From assembly GCA_020346185.1 (NCBI GenBank), contig CP070775.1:844528-908527 (forward strand): a stretch of 64,000 bases of DNA. Direction: 5' to 3'. The notes under the pieces were generated by a model. It had not been told where the DNA came from. It worked only from the letters and a program-made list of their open reading frames with translations, and did no database searches. Shown here piece after piece: positions 1 to 10,248 of this stretch. The stretch's first letter is position 1. Each line of letters opens with the position of its first letter. The translations under genes and the position numbers were made by a program. This DNA is from Betaproteobacteria bacterium. Lineage in GTDB: Bacteria > Pseudomonadota > Gammaproteobacteria > Burkholderiales > Eutrophovitaceae.

Positions 1-464
1 TGACGCTCCTCGCTGAAATACTCAGCTGCGCTGCGCGCCAGCGACTCTCCTGCTTCAGCGGGCCAGGCCGCTAGATGCCGCACGGCGCGCGCGATGCGGT
101 GAGCGGCCACATCGCCGACAACACGGCTCAGGTCATCCTCGTAATCCCAGCGCAGATTCGCCATGACGTACGACGTTGCCTGCGCCAGTTCCATGTCGCC
201 TTCGATTCGGGCTTCGCGCCAGGCAGCCTGTCGGTCGATTGGCCATTTGGCCACCGCGAGCGGAGACAGCTTGATCACCAGGTCGGCGGGATCGTCTGGC
301 TCGGCAGGCTCAAGGTCACCGTCTGCGGCAATGCGCAGCACAACTATCGCCAGCGGCAGTTCAAGCCGAATTTGTTTCCCGGCGTGCTCGGCAAGCCGCA
401 TTCGCGCCCACTGCGCCTGACGCAGCAGGTAGTGCGCGACGGCAAGGACCATTTCGTTCAGCAT
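1..464 (-). CDS. ubiJ: Ubiquinone biosynthesis accessory factor UbiJ (SCP2-like); only the 5' part is in the window, the gene runs off the left edge
   Basis: Absent from the ORF track because it is truncated. Manual reverse translation from ATG 464-462 gives MLNEMVLAVAHYLLRQAQWARMRLAEHAGKQIRLE..., which fits the UbiJ N-terminal pattern. The start lies 10 nt after the ubiE stop, in the conserved ubiE-ubiJ order. Confidence 0.6.
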   Translation of the reverse strand, partial: MLNEMVLAVAHYLLRQAQWARMRLAEHAGKQIRLELPLAIVVLRIAADGDLEPAEPDDPADLVIKLSPLAVAKWPIDRQAAWREARIEGDMELAQATSYVMANLRWDYEDDLSRVVGDVAAHRIARAVRHLAAWPAEAGESLARSAAEYFSEER

Positions 465-474
465 CGTGAGGTAA

Positions 475-1206
475 TCACAACTTGAATCCGCGGTGCAGTG
501 CCACAACGCCGGCACTGAGGTTGAAATAGTCGACTCGATCGAAGCCGGCATTACGCAGCATGTCGGCCAGTTCGGATTGCGATGGATGCACGCGAATCGA
601 CTCTGCCAGATAACGGTAGCTGTCGGCGTCATCCGCCACCAGTTTGCCAAGCCACGGCAAAACCCCGAATGAGTAGGCGTCGTACAAAGGCTTGAGCGGT
701 TTCCAGACTTGCGAAAACTCGAGCACTAGCAAACGCCCCCCGGGCCGCAGAACGCGCTGCATTTCCTTCAAGGCTGCGTCCTTGTGCGTCATGTTGCGCA
801 AACCGAAGGCGACGCTGACACAGTCGAAGTAATCGGCGGGATACGGCAGCTTCTCGGCATCGCAGCGAACCGCCGGCAATGCCTGACCCGCATCGATCAG
901 GCGATCTCGGCCGCGCGACAGCATGTCGGCATTGACATCGGTGAGCCAGACTTGCCCGGAACGTCCGGCGCGGTGTGCCAACAGGCGCGCCACGTCGCCG
1001 GTACCGCCGGCAACGTCAAGTACCCGCGCACCTTCACCCACGCCGGACAATTGCACTGCAAAACGCTTCCACAACCGATGCAGGCCGGCCGACATCAGAT
1101 CATTCATCAGATCATAACGACCCGCGACCGAGCTGAATACGTCGGCTACCCGCTCCGCCTTGCGGCGCTCGTCAACTTTTTCAAATCCGAAATGAGTTTT
1201 GGTCAT
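475..1206 (-). CDS. ubiE: Ubiquinone/menaquinone C-methyltransferase UbiE
   Basis: ORF 475-1320 (-). The family-typical N-terminus [13 protein letters not shown] starts at ATG 1206, so the 38 upstream codons of the longest ORF are discarded. Motifs seen: [18 protein letters not shown] and SAM-binding [10 protein letters not shown]. Confidence 0.9.
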   Translation of the reverse strand: MTKTHFGFEKVDERRKAERVADVFSSVAGRYDLMNDLMSAGLHRLWKRFAVQLSGVGEGARVLDVAGGTGDVARLLAHRAGRSGQVWLTDVNADMLSRGRDRLIDAGQALPAVRCDAEKLPYPADYFDCVSVAFGLRNMTHKDAALKEMQRVLRPGGRLLVLEFSQVWKPLKPLYDAYSFGVLPWLGKLVADDADSYRYLAESIRVHPSQSELADMLRNAGFDRVDYFNLSAGVVALHRGFKL

Positions 1207-1223
1207 TGGGCTACACCTTTCCG

Positions 1224-1640
1224 TCAGCCATCGCGGCTGGCACCCGCCTTGTCGAGACGCTCGAGGTAGTCTTGCCATAGCGCGTCCTGGTCTACGCCAA
1301 GCGTGTAAAGGTAGTCCCACGAATAGAGCCCGGTGTCGTGTCCGTCACTGAATACCAGTTTCACGGCATAATTACCGACCGGCTCGACCGACAGAATATT
1401 CACGTCTCGCTTTCCAGTCTGCAGCACCTCCTGGCCTGAACCATGGCCACGAACCTCTGCGGACGGCGACAGCACCCGCAAGAACTCGCAAGGCAAACTG
1501 AATCGCTTGCCGTCGTCAAATGCGATTTCCACAATGCGCGACTGTTGGTGGAGGATGATGTCCGTGGGGCGGCGATTGCCGGTCAACGCGTCAGTCACTT
1601 GTAGTTTCCAGTCATAGGTCTGCATCCACACTGCGATCAT
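1224..1640 (-). CDS. DUF971 domain protein (gamma-butyrobetaine hydroxylase-like N-terminal domain)
   Basis: 138-aa ORF ending 17 nt before the ubiE start. [31 protein letters not shown]...[22 protein letters not shown] fits the DUF971 pattern. ATG 1625 is an alternative start. Confidence 0.7.
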   Translation of the reverse strand: MIAVWMQTYDWKLQVTDALTGNRRPTDIILHQQSRIVEIAFDDGKRFSLPCEFLRVLSPSAEVRGHGSGQEVLQTGKRDVNILSVEPVGNYAVKLVFSDGHDTGLYSWDYLYTLGVDQDALWQDYLERLDKAGASRDG

Positions 1641-1684
1641 ACCGACCCTGCCGGACCAAACGGTGGATCAGGCGACTATGCCGG

Positions 1685-1718
1685 ATGTCACGAATTTGCA
1701 ACATTTCCTTCATACTAT
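1685..1718 (+). promoter_or_regulatory. Candidate Pho box plus -10 element of the phoB promoter
   Basis: Heptamers with 11-bp periodicity: ATGTCAC (1685-1691), TTGCAAC (1696-1702) and CCTTCAT (1707-1713). They are followed by TACTAT (1713-1718), about 38 nt upstream of the phoB ATG. The match to the CTGTCAT-N4-CTGTCAT consensus is only partial. Confidence 0.3.
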
Positions 1719-1755
1719 GCAAGTCTTCGGAAAATCTGGTCGAGCAGACACGACA

Positions 1756-2442
1756 ATGTCCGCAACCATACTGGTTGTTGAAGACGAACCCGCCATACTG
1801 GAACTGATTGCCTACAACCTCAGGCTGGCAGGCCATCAGCCCCTTTGTGCCGATAGCGCCGAACAGGCGCTGCGGCTGGTTTCAAATGCCCTGCCCGATC
1901 TGGTTCTGCTCGACTGGATGCTGCCGGGTACCAGCGGCATCGAACTGGCGCGTCGCCTGCGCGCCGACAAGCGCACGCGGAGCATCCCGATCATTATGCT
2001 TACCGCGCGCTCCGAGGAACAGGACAAGCTGCTCGGCCTCGACACCGGTGCTGACGATTACATCACGAAACCGTTTTCGCCGCGTGAATTGAATGCGCGG
2101 ATCAAGGCGGTATTGAGGCGCCGGGCACCGCAAATGACTGACGATGCGGTCGAAATCAGCGGACTGCGCCTCGATCCAGTGGGCCACCGTGTCACCGGTA
2201 ACGGGGAGAGCATCAATCTTGGACCAACCGAGTTCCGATTGCTGCATTTTCTGCTGACGCATCCAGAGCGGGTGCATTCTCGTGCGCAGCTGCTCGATCA
2301 CGTATGGGGCGACCATGTTTTCGTCGAGGAACGAACCGTCGATGTACATATCCGCCGCTTACGAAAAGCACTCGAACCGGAGCGCATGGACCGCCTGATT
2401 CAGACTGTCCGCGGCACCGGCTATCGTCTGTCTGCCGCGTGA
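1756..2442 (+). CDS. phoB: Phosphate regulon response regulator PhoB (OmpR family)
   Basis: ORF 1663-2442. The conserved start MSATILVVEDEPAILELI is at ATG 1756. It has a receiver domain (LVLLDWMLPG), a winged-helix C-terminus (VDVHIRRLRKAL...TVRGTGYRL), and is followed by phoR. Confidence 0.9.
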   Translation: MSATILVVEDEPAILELIAYNLRLAGHQPLCADSAEQALRLVSNALPDLVLLDWMLPGTSGIELARRLRADKRTRSIPIIMLTARSEEQDKLLGLDTGADDYITKPFSPRELNARIKAVLRRRAPQMTDDAVEISGLRLDPVGHRVTGNGESINLGPTEFRLLHFLLTHPERVHSRAQLLDHVWGDHVFVEERTVDVHIRRLRKALEPERMDRLIQTVRGTGYRLSAA

Positions 2443-2555
2443 GAGGCGCGCTGCGGCGACGCGCCTTGCCCTGTTTGCTTCATGACCGCGCCAGGCTGCC
2501 GGAGCGCCACTCTTTTTTGGGATAATTCACCGCTCGACATCTCAAGGAAATCGAT

Positions 2556-3902
2556 TTGACGCGTCTGTGGAGCAGACCGCTTTCGACCGTAACCCTTCTG
2601 TGCACGGGTGCGCTCATTTCCTGGCCGATCTTCGGGCATATTGCGGTGCTCTGTGTCCTCGTCGTGGCACTGCTTATTGTCCTGCTGCACCACATCTACA
2701 ATCTGTCGTTGCTGCAAGCTTGGCTTCGTGACCCTGGGTCCAGCAGCGTACCGCAGGGCAGTGGCTCCTGGGAGTACATCTTTGCCTACCTGGTGCGCCT
2801 GCTGAAGCGGCAACATGCCAGCAAGTTCGGGCTTTCCAAAGCACTCCAGCGATTTGAGCGGGCTGGGGCAGCATTACCCGACGCCGTCGTGTTGCTCGGT
2901 GACAATAACCGGATCGTCTGGTGCAATCCGCGCGCCGAGACCTATTTCGGCCTGCGGCTGGAGCGCGATCGTGGCACGCAAGTCACCTACATCCTGCGTC
3001 AGCCTCAGTTCTCAAGTTACTTGCAGTCGAGGGAGACTTCAAATCCATTATCGCTGCGCCTCATGGGTAATGCCGGGGAGCGCGTCGTATCGATGCAAAT
3101 CGTTCCCTACGGTAACGCGCAGAAATTGCTGCTGGGTCGTGACGTCACTCACTGGGAGCGGCTCGAAACGACCCGCCGCGATTTTATCGCCAATGTCTCA
3201 CACGAATTACGTACGCCACTGACGGTAGTACAGGGGTTTCTCGAGACGCTCGAAGGTACCCACGCAAGCGATCCGCAGTTTGTCGAGCGCAGCATCGCGC
3301 TAATGTCGGAACAGACGCAGCGAATGACGCGCCTAGTCAATGACCTGCTGACCTTGTCTCGGCTCGAGAATACGAACGGTAGCTCAGATGAAGACAAGGT
3401 AAACATTCCCGGACTGGTTGAATCGCTGCAGCACGAAGCCAAGGCATTGTCCGCCGGGCACCATACGGTAACCGCCAAGATCAAGAGCAGTGACTGGCTG
3501 CTGGGGAGCATAGACGAATTGCAGAGCGCCTTCGGCAACCTGGTCAGCAACGCAGTTCGCTATACGCCGCCTGGTGGAATGATCGAGCTGATCTGGGAAC
3601 GCAAGGAAGGCAATCCGGTGTTCACGGTCAAGGACAACGGCATCGGCATTGAGCCGCAGCACGTTGGCAGATTGACGGAACGGTTCTATCGGGCGGACAA
3701 AAGCCGTTCGCGCGAGACGGGCGGTACCGGTTTGGGCCTGGCAATCGTCAAGCACGTTTCCAATCGCCATCAAGGGCAGCTTGAAGTCGATAGCTGGCCC
3801 GGCAAGGGCAGCGCCTTCAGTATCACTTTCCCCGCCACGCGAATCACCACAGCGCGCGAACCGGAACCCATACCCGTCACGGCAAGCCCGCAAGATAATT
3901 GA
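2556..3902 (+). CDS. phoR: Phosphate regulon sensor histidine kinase PhoR
   Basis: 448-aa ORF with a TTG start. It has N-terminal TM segments, H-box FIANVSHELRTPLT, N-box NAVRYTP, G1 DNGIGI and G2 GGTGLGLAIVKH. It sits immediately downstream of phoB. Confidence 0.85.
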   Translation: MTRLWSRPLSTVTLLCTGALISWPIFGHIAVLCVLVVALLIVLLHHIYNLSLLQAWLRDPGSSSVPQGSGSWEYIFAYLVRLLKRQHASKFGLSKALQRFERAGAALPDAVVLLGDNNRIVWCNPRAETYFGLRLERDRGTQVTYILRQPQFSSYLQSRETSNPLSLRLMGNAGERVVSMQIVPYGNAQKLLLGRDVTHWERLETTRRDFIANVSHELRTPLTVVQGFLETLEGTHASDPQFVERSIALMSEQTQRMTRLVNDLLTLSRLENTNGSSDEDKVNIPGLVESLQHEAKALSAGHHTVTAKIKSSDWLLGSIDELQSAFGNLVSNAVRYTPPGGMIELIWERKEGNPVFTVKDNGIGIEPQHVGRLTERFYRADKSRSRETGGTGLGLAIVKHVSNRHQGQLEVDSWPGKGSAFSITFPATRITTAREPEPIPVTASPQDN

Positions 3903-3940
3903 GCAAGGTACCCGCTGATGACTGGGGGTTCGGTCGCCAG

Positions 3941-4363
3941 CTAATCCAGCTGCGTGGCCAGCTCGTTGTGAAAACGAGCCCAGTAATCATTTGGCAATAT
4001 TTGCGACTTTCCGGCAGTCCTGCTTCCCCAAACCGGATTCGGGTAATGCGGGTCCAGCCGAAAGCGGGGAATCACATGCCAGTGCACGTGTGGCACCATG
4101 TTGCCGAAACAGGCGAGATTGATTTTCTCGGGCTCGAGAAGCTTGCGCTGCGCTTGCTCGACAGCAAACACGATGCGCATCAGTTCAACGCGTTCGGAGT
4201 CGTTCAAGTCAGTCATCTCGCGCGCATGCCGCTGCAGGATGACCCGACAAAAAGCCGGATGATTCTCATCGTTTACGTTGACGACGCGTGCCAGTGCGTT
4301 TGACCAGACAGTTTCGCCGCCCGGTTCACGGCAGAGTACGCAACAGTTCTCTTGTCGGTTCAT
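3941..4363 (-). CDS. HIT family (histidine triad) protein
   Basis: ORF 3941-4528 (-). The plausible start MNRQENCCVLC is at ATG 4363. The upstream part would overlap the neighbouring gene. Histidine triad HVHWHVIPR is present. Confidence 0.8.
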   Translation of the reverse strand: MNRQENCCVLCREPGGETVWSNALARVVNVNDENHPAFCRVILQRHAREMTDLNDSERVELMRIVFAVEQAQRKLLEPEKINLACFGNMVPHVHWHVIPRFRLDPHYPNPVWGSRTAGKSQILPNDYWARFHNELATQLD

Positions 4364-4400
4364 TTTCTCCCGCCCGGCAGCTTCAGTGCCACAAATGGTG

Positions 4401-7400
4401 CTACAACAAGACCCGTTCGATACCACCACGGTTGGCCCGCGCAACATACTGCGCCATCCAATCCGCTCCGAGCAGGTGTCTGGCCATTTCAACGACGATA
4501 TAGTCCGCCTCGACACCAGTGTCGTCACGGTAACGTGCCAGACCCTGCAGGCAAGACGGACAGGAGGTCAGAATCTTGATGTCATCTTCATGTTGCTGTG
4601 CGCGAATCGCATCCACACCCTTGCGCAATTCCTCTTGCTTGCGAAAGCGCACCTGTGTCGACACATCCGGTCGCGAAATTGCCAGCGTTCCGGACTCACC
4701 GCAACAGCGGTCACTAGGCTCGACCTGTGTTCCCAGCAAATCATTGACAACCTTGCCGGGCTGATAGGTTTTCATCGGCGTATGACAGGGATCATGATAC
4801 ATGTAGCGAACACCGCTCACTGTTTCGAGTTGCAAACCTTTTTCGAGGAGATATTCATGGATGTCGAGCAGCCGACAACCCGGAAAAATCTTGTCGAATT
4901 CGTAATGCTGCAACTGATCCATGCAAGTGCCGCAGGAAACGATCACTGTCTTGATGTCGAGGTAGTTAAGTGTGTTGGCCACACGGTGAAACAGCACACG
5001 GTTGTCGGTGATGATTTTCTGGCCGCGATTCTCTTGGCCTGCCGCAGTCTGCGGATAACCACAGCACAGATAACCCGGTGGTAGAACCGTAATCGCTCCG
5101 CTCTCGTAGAGCATCGCCTGCGTCGCCAGTCCGACCTGGCTGAACAGCCGTTCACTGCCGCAACCGGGGAAATAAAACACCGCGTCGGCATCATCGTCGG
5201 TTTTTTGTGGATTACGAATCACCGGCACGAAGCGCGCGTCCTCTACATCGAGCAGCGCCCGCGCCGTTTTCTTCGGTAGCCCGGCGGGCATTGGCTTGTT
5301 GATGAAGTGGATCACCTGCGCTTTGATCGGCGCCTTGCCCACAGTCGCCGGCGGACGCTGCATATGTTTCTTCAGCAATCCACCCCACTTCGCCATCCGG
5401 TAAGCCAACTGTTGCAGTTTGTAGCCGAAGCCAATCATCAGCGAGCGAGCAAGCTTAATAGTCGCCGGATCAGTCGCATTGAGCAACACCATGGCGGCAG
5501 AGGTACCCGGGTTGAATCTGCTCTTGCCGTGTTTGCGCAAAAAGTTGCGCATCGCGATGGACACATCGCCAAAGTCAATATCCACCGGACAAGGATTGAG
5601 ACATTTGTGACAGACCGTGCAGTGCTCGGCAACATCGGCAAATTCGTCGAAGTGCATCAGTGACACACCGCGACGGGTTTGCTCCTCGTACAAGAATGCC
5701 TCGATCAACAGTGACGTCGACAGAATCTTGTTGCGGGGGCTGTAGAGAAGATTGGCGCGCGGTACATGGGTCGAACACACCGGCTTGCACTTGCCGCAAC
5801 GAAGGCAGTCCTTGATCGAATCAGAGATGCGCCCGATTTCACTTTGCTCGAGAATGAGACTTTCGAGCTCGAGAAGACTGAAACTGGGAGTATAGGCACG
5901 ATCAAGATTGGCGCCGGGGAGCAGCTTGCCCTTGTTGAACCGTCCCTCTGGGTCGATACGCTGCTTGTACGCCTCAAAACCCTGCAAATCAGCGCGCTCC
6001 AGATAATCGAGCTTGGTAATGCCAATGCCGTGTTCGCCAGAAATGACCCCGTCGAGCGAGCGGGCTAGCTGCATGACCCGCGACACCGCCGCATTGGCTT
6101 CCTGAAGCATTGCATAGTCGTCTGAGTTAACCGGGATATTGGTGTGCACATTGCCATCACCGGCGTGCATGTGCAGAGCGATAAAGACGCGGCTCTTGAG
6201 AACGCCCTGGTGCGCGTCATCGATATCGGCACGAAGCACGTCGAACACGCGCCCCTCGAACAGTTGCATGATCGGCTCACGCACCTCGCTTTTCCAGGAA
6301 ATGCGCAAGCTGTAATCCTGCAGCGCCTGAAACACTGTCTTGCCGCCCCGATCAGCTCGTTCGCCCCCTGGCGCGGGCAGCTTGCGGCCGGATTCACCAA
6401 GCCACGCCAAATAGTCTGCCAAGGGCACCTCCAGATGCTCCGCCAGCCAGCGCCAGCGTGCCCGCGCCTCGTGAACGACATCGAGCGCCGCATCCCCGCG
6501 ATCGGCGAGCAACTCCTCCCCGACGCTGTCGCGATCTTCAAGGCTCATGTGCAATTCGCCACCTAGCAGTGCTTCGACCGCGTCGAGAATCGCCAGCTTG
6601 TTCTTCAGTGACAGTTCGACGTTGATTCTCTCAATGCCATCCGAATAGTCACCGAGCCGCTCCAAAGGGATAACGACATCTTCGTTGATCTTGAAGGCAT
6701 TGGTGTGCCGTGCAATTGCGGCCGTCCGCGCCCGGTCGAGCCAGAACTGGCGTCGCGCCTGGGCACTGACAGCTATGAAGCCTTCGCCATTACGCGCATT
6801 GGCAATACGCACCACCTGCGAGGCGGCAGCACCGACGCCATCGTCATCGTCGCCAACGACATCGGCCAGCAGCACCATTTTCGGCCGAGCGCTTCGGCGC
6901 GCCTTGGCAGCGTATCCGACTGCGCGCAGGTAACGTTCGTCAAGGTGCTCGAGTCCCGCCAGCGTGGCGGCCTGATTTCCTTCAAGATATGACTTGATTT
7001 CCACAATGGACGGAACTGCCTCACCGACGCTGCCGTAAAACTCGAGACAGACCGTGCGCGTAAACGCCGGCATGCGGTGCAGGATGAAACGCGCCGAGGT
7101 AATCAAGCCGTCACAGCCTTCTTTCTGAACACCAGGCAGTCCACCGAGAAACTTGTCGGTGACGTCCTTTCCCAAACCGGCTTTGCGGAACCGCCGTCCA
7201 GGAATTTCGAGGATCTCCGGCTTCGACAATGGCGTTTCGCCGTCCGCAGTAAAACGGCTGAGCCTGAACCGAGCGACGTCGGCATTGTGGATTTTTCCCA
7301 GGTTATGCCCGACGCGCTCGACCACCAGCCAGTTTCCGTCCGGGGTAACCATTTTCCACGAGGCGAGGTTGTCCACCGCCGTGCCCCACAGCACCGCTTT

Positions 7401-8279
7401 CTTGCCACCCGCGTTCATGGCGACGTTGCCGCCAATACAAGAAGCGTCAGCCGAGGTCGGATCAACCGCGAACACGAACCCGGCAGCTTCTGCCGTCTCC
7501 ATGGCCCGGCGGGTAACGACCCCTGCACCGCAATCGATGGTGGCCACCTTCTGATCGAGGCCCGGCAAACGCAGGTGTTCAACACGGCCGAGGCGATCGA
7601 GCTTCTCTGTATTGATCACCGCCGAAAAACGGGTCAACGGCACGGCGCCACCAGTGTAACCGGTGCCACCGCCGCGCGGAATGATGGTCAATCCCAAATC
7701 GATGCAGGCCCGGACCAGACCCGCCACCTCCGCTTCAGTGTCCGGATACAGCACGACGAACGGATATTCGACTCGCCAGTCGGTCGCGTCAGTTACGTGT
7801 GATACACGCGCCAATCCGTCATAAGCAATATTGTCTCGACGCGTCACCTTGCCAAAGCGGCGCATCGCACTTCGCCGCAGAGTTACCAGTGTATCGAAGC
7901 CCCGGTCGAAATCATCAACTGCGGTCGAGGCAGCCGTAATCAGATGCAGCACGCGCTGGTCTTCATTGAGCCGCCTCGCCTCGATTTCGTGAAGCCGATG
8001 ACGCAGCGCTTCGACGAGTAGCCGGCGTCGCTTCGGATTCGCTATCAAGTCGTCCTGCAGGTAGGGGTTACGCTCGACTACCCAGATGTCGCCAAGCACC
8101 TCATAGAGCATGCGGGCTGAGCGGCCGGTCACCCGTTCGGCACGCAGTTCGTTCAAGACATCCCAGGCCGGCTCGCCGAGCAGCCGTATTACGATTTCCC
8201 GATCGGAGAACGAGGTGTAGTTGTAGGGGATCTCGCGAAGACGCACGCTAGTGGGGGCAAAGCTGGGGACCGGTTCCAT
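4401..8279 (-). CDS. DUF3683-containing FAD-linked oxidase / 4Fe-4S / CCG-domain fusion dehydrogenase (GlcD-GlcF-like, YdiJ-like)
   Basis: 1292-aa ORF. It has an N-terminal [16 protein letters not shown] block (DUF3683), an FAD-binding PCMH region ([16 protein letters not shown]), two ferredoxin-type Cys clusters ([23 protein letters not shown]) and C-terminal cysteine-rich CCG-type repeats (FPGCGS..., CCG, CPSC). Confidence 0.85.
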   Translation of the reverse strand: MEPVPSFAPTSVRLREIPYNYTSFSDREIVIRLLGEPAWDVLNELRAERVTGRSARMLYEVLGDIWVVERNPYLQDDLIANPKRRRLLVEALRHRLHEIEARRLNEDQRVLHLITAASTAVDDFDRGFDTLVTLRRSAMRRFGKVTRRDNIAYDGLARVSHVTDATDWRVEYPFVVLYPDTEAEVAGLVRACIDLGLTIIPRGGGTGYTGGAVPLTRFSAVINTEKLDRLGRVEHLRLPGLDQKVATIDCGAGVVTRRAMETAEAAGFVFAVDPTSADASCIGGNVAMNAGGKKAVLWGTAVDNLASWKMVTPDGNWLVVERVGHNLGKIHNADVARFRLSRFTADGETPLSKPEILEIPGRRFRKAGLGKDVTDKFLGGLPGVQKEGCDGLITSARFILHRMPAFTRTVCLEFYGSVGEAVPSIVEIKSYLEGNQAATLAGLEHLDERYLRAVGYAAKARRSARPKMVLLADVVGDDDDGVGAAASQVVRIANARNGEGFIAVSAQARRQFWLDRARTAAIARHTNAFKINEDVVIPLERLGDYSDGIERINVELSLKNKLAILDAVEALLGGELHMSLEDRDSVGEELLADRGDAALDVVHEARARWRWLAEHLEVPLADYLAWLGESGRKLPAPGGERADRGGKTVFQALQDYSLRISWKSEVREPIMQLFEGRVFDVLRADIDDAHQGVLKSRVFIALHMHAGDGNVHTNIPVNSDDYAMLQEANAAVSRVMQLARSLDGVISGEHGIGITKLDYLERADLQGFEAYKQRIDPEGRFNKGKLLPGANLDRAYTPSFSLLELESLILEQSEIGRISDSIKDCLRCGKCKPVCSTHVPRANLLYSPRNKILSTSLLIEAFLYEEQTRRGVSLMHFDEFADVAEHCTVCHKCLNPCPVDIDFGDVSIAMRNFLRKHGKSRFNPGTSAAMVLLNATDPATIKLARSLMIGFGYKLQQLAYRMAKWGGLLKKHMQRPPATVGKAPIKAQVIHFINKPMPAGLPKKTARALLDVEDARFVPVIRNPQKTDDDADAVFYFPGCGSERLFSQVGLATQAMLYESGAITVLPPGYLCCGYPQTAAGQENRGQKIITDNRVLFHRVANTLNYLDIKTVIVSCGTCMDQLQHYEFDKIFPGCRLLDIHEYLLEKGLQLETVSGVRYMYHDPCHTPMKTYQPGKVVNDLLGTQVEPSDRCCGESGTLAISRPDVSTQVRFRKQEELRKGVDAIRAQQHEDDIKILTSCPSCLQGLARYRDDTGVEADYIVVEMARHLLGADWMAQYVARANRGGIERVLL

Positions 8280-8367
8280 CAGAATCAGACTATCGGGGGC
8301 AGCAAGAGAGGATGCGTAGGAACAAGTTTATCGCACCGCAGCATTCAACACAGCGTATCGCTTCGCC

Positions 8368-8769
8368 TCAGTTCAGCAGCAACTGCGCAAGCACCCAATA
8401 ACGGACACCTTTGCCAGCAGCAATAAACACGGTGGTGTACACACCATGCATACGTAACCAGCCGGCTGCGAGACATAGCGCGTCACCCACCAGCGGCACC
8501 CAGGACAACAGGAGCACTGGTGCGCCCCAGCGGCGTAGCCAACGAATCATTCTCGCGTCGGTTTCACGGTCCGGGATCAGACGTCCGATGAGGTAGGTTG
8601 ACAGGCCGCCCAAGGTGTTGCCGAGGGTTGCCGCGACGAGCGCCGCGCCGACGCTGATGCTGCCGGACAGCAACAGTGCGCTGAACACGACTTCCGATCC
8701 GCCTGGCAGCAATGTGGCCGCCAAGAAACTGCTCACGAACAGGGCGCCCAGCCCTACCGGTTCAGTCAC
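8368..8769 (-). CDS. YqaA/DedA-related small membrane protein (SNARE-associated domain)
   Basis: 133-aa hydrophobic ORF. FVSSFLAATLLPGGSEVVFSALLL and WGAPVLLLSWVPLVGDALCLAAGWLR fit the YqaA family pattern. Confidence 0.6.
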   Translation of the reverse strand: MTEPVGLGALFVSSFLAATLLPGGSEVVFSALLLSGSISVGAALVAATLGNTLGGLSTYLIGRLIPDRETDARMIRWLRRWGAPVLLLSWVPLVGDALCLAAGWLRMHGVYTTVFIAAGKGVRYWVLAQLLLN

Positions 8770-8802
8770 GCCGGCTTACCCCCGAAGAGCAGGCTCTCGT
8801 CG

Positions 8803-9243
8803 CTAGGGCCGTTCGACGTATTTCAGGATGTCGACCACCTGGTCAGTGTTTCGTGCCCACGCCAGCGCCATCGCGTCAACCTCCTTCAACGGGTGCACGA
8901 TGTCGTCTGCGTGCAGGGTGATGTATGGCTTGGACAACGCAGCGCAGTAGCCCGCGTCGAATGCCGCGTTCCATTGTTTGTATTTGTCGCCAAAGCGCAC
9001 CACCACCAGGTCGGCTTCCTGAATCAGCGTCTTGGTGCGAATCGCATTGACCTTGGACGATTTGTGATCGCGCCAGAACGGTTCTGACTCTGCACCAAGA
9101 TGATCGCCTGCCGCGTCACTTGCCGCGTGATCAGTCACCGGTGAAGTAAATTTGACGTCCAGGCCACTGGCAGCCACGCCTTTACGAATGTCGTCTCGCC
9201 ACGTTGTATGAATCTCACCCGACAGATAAACCGTCAATGCCAT
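8803..9243 (-). CDS. YtoQ family protein
   Basis: ORF 8803-9297 (-). The family-like start MALTVYLSGEIHTTWRDDI is at ATG 9243. FGDKYKQWNAAFDAGYCAALSKPYITLH is typical of YtoQ. Confidence 0.6.
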   Translation of the reverse strand: MALTVYLSGEIHTTWRDDIRKGVAASGLDVKFTSPVTDHAASDAAGDHLGAESEPFWRDHKSSKVNAIRTKTLIQEADLVVVRFGDKYKQWNAAFDAGYCAALSKPYITLHADDIVHPLKEVDAMALAWARNTDQVVDILKYVERP

Positions 9244-9423
9244 AGAACCAACCCTCACCATTTTTCCGCATGGAAAACATGCAGATAGATTTGCCATTTC
9301 ACTGCGCGACAGCCACCTTCATAAATGAGGTGGGCGCCGCCCTCGAAACCCTATCAGCGAGTCAAAAGCAGCAGCATCTCGGCAGTCAAGGAAAGAAGTC
9401 TCGCGAGCGTACGATTTGTCAAC

Positions 9424-9500
9424 TGGCGCGCCCGGCGGGAGTCGAACCCACGACCTTCGGCTTCGGAGACCGACACTCTATCCAACTGAGCTACAGGCGC
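9424..9500 (-). tRNA. tRNA-Arg (anticodon CCG)
   Basis: The reverse complement reads GCGCCTG-TA-GCTC-AGTTGGATA-GAGT-G-TCGGT-CTCCGAA-GCCGA-AGGTC-GTGGG-TTCGACT-CCCGC-CGGGCGC-GCCA. This is a 77-nt cloverleaf with a 7-bp acceptor stem, a T-loop TTCGACT, an encoded CCA, and a CT-CCG-AA anticodon loop. Confidence 0.9.
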
Positions 9501-9644
9501 GAGGAGGCATAGCATAGCCGTAAACACTTGTTTGGTCTACGTTTACCTTTTGAGAGCTGTGCTTTTCCCTTATAATCGGGCGCCTTCCGATCGTTGCGCC
9601 GGCGCACGTTCATTCCCATCGTTCCACTGTTTAAGGATTCTTGC

Positions 9645-10172
9645 ATGACAGAAGTACACAGCGAGGAGCATAGCTCCCTGATCAAGACCCCGAAACAGCT
9701 CGTCGTAGTCATGCTGCTCTCGTTCATTGTTCCGGTAGCCGCCATATTGCTGCTCGTGAAGCTGATTACCGGCGACATGCACATCGATCCGAACAGCTCC
9801 GCAATGACCGAGGACGCCATTGCCCAGCGGCTCAAGCCGGTCGGCGAGGTCCGCATGGTTGGTGACGCACAGAGCGCAGCAACGATTGAGGCAGCCGGTA
9901 CCGCGGCGCCGGAGGCAGCTGCCAGCGGCGCAGGTACCGGTGAACAGGTGTTCAATACGGTGTGTCAAGCCTGTCATGCGGCCGGCGTCGCGGGGGCACC
10001 GAAAACGGGTGACACGGCAGCCTGGCAACCGCGCATCGCGCAAGGCATCGAGGTACTCTACGCCAGCGCCATCAACGGTAAGAACCTGATGCCCGCAAAA
10101 GGCGGCGCGACCGGCTCACCGGACGCTGATATCAAGGCAGCGGTCGACTTGATGGTCGCCAAATCAAAATAA
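9645..10172 (+). CDS. Membrane-anchored cytochrome c5 family protein
   Basis: ORF 9594-10172. Plausible start MTEVHSEEH at ATG 9645. It has one TM helix (LVVVMLLSFIVPVAAILLLV), an Ala-rich linker, heme motif CQACH and a distal Met context (GKNLMPAKGG). Confidence 0.75.
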   Translation: MTEVHSEEHSSLIKTPKQLVVVMLLSFIVPVAAILLLVKLITGDMHIDPNSSAMTEDAIAQRLKPVGEVRMVGDAQSAATIEAAGTAAPEAAASGAGTGEQVFNTVCQACHAAGVAGAPKTGDTAAWQPRIAQGIEVLYASAINGKNLMPAKGGATGSPDADIKAAVDLMVAKSK

Positions 10173-10191
10173 GCAAGGACAAACTTCCACC

Positions 10192-10225
10192 AGGCGCGGC
10201 TCGTCTGCGCCTTCTTCTGTTTGTG
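10192..10225 (+). terminator. Candidate intrinsic terminator after the cytochrome c5 gene
   Basis: Stem AGGCGC (10192-10197) pairs with GCGCCT (10207-10212) around a 9-nt loop. A T-rich tail TCTTCTGTTTGTGT follows. It lies between two convergent genes. Confidence 0.4.
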
Positions 10226-10248
10226 TGGTCCCTCTGGCAGTGCGATCG

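Noticed and set aside
75-485. 136-aa plus-strand ORF, and the nested ORF at 163-420, at the left edge
   Set aside because: The opposite strand encodes a recognisable UbiJ N-terminus in the conserved position after ubiE. The plus-strand product is Arg/His-rich with no recognisable family.
9300-9600. tRNA-Arg as an integration site for a genomic island
   Set aside because: No integrase, direct repeat of the tRNA 3' end or foreign-looking genes flank the tRNA. The neighbours are small conserved housekeeping-type genes.
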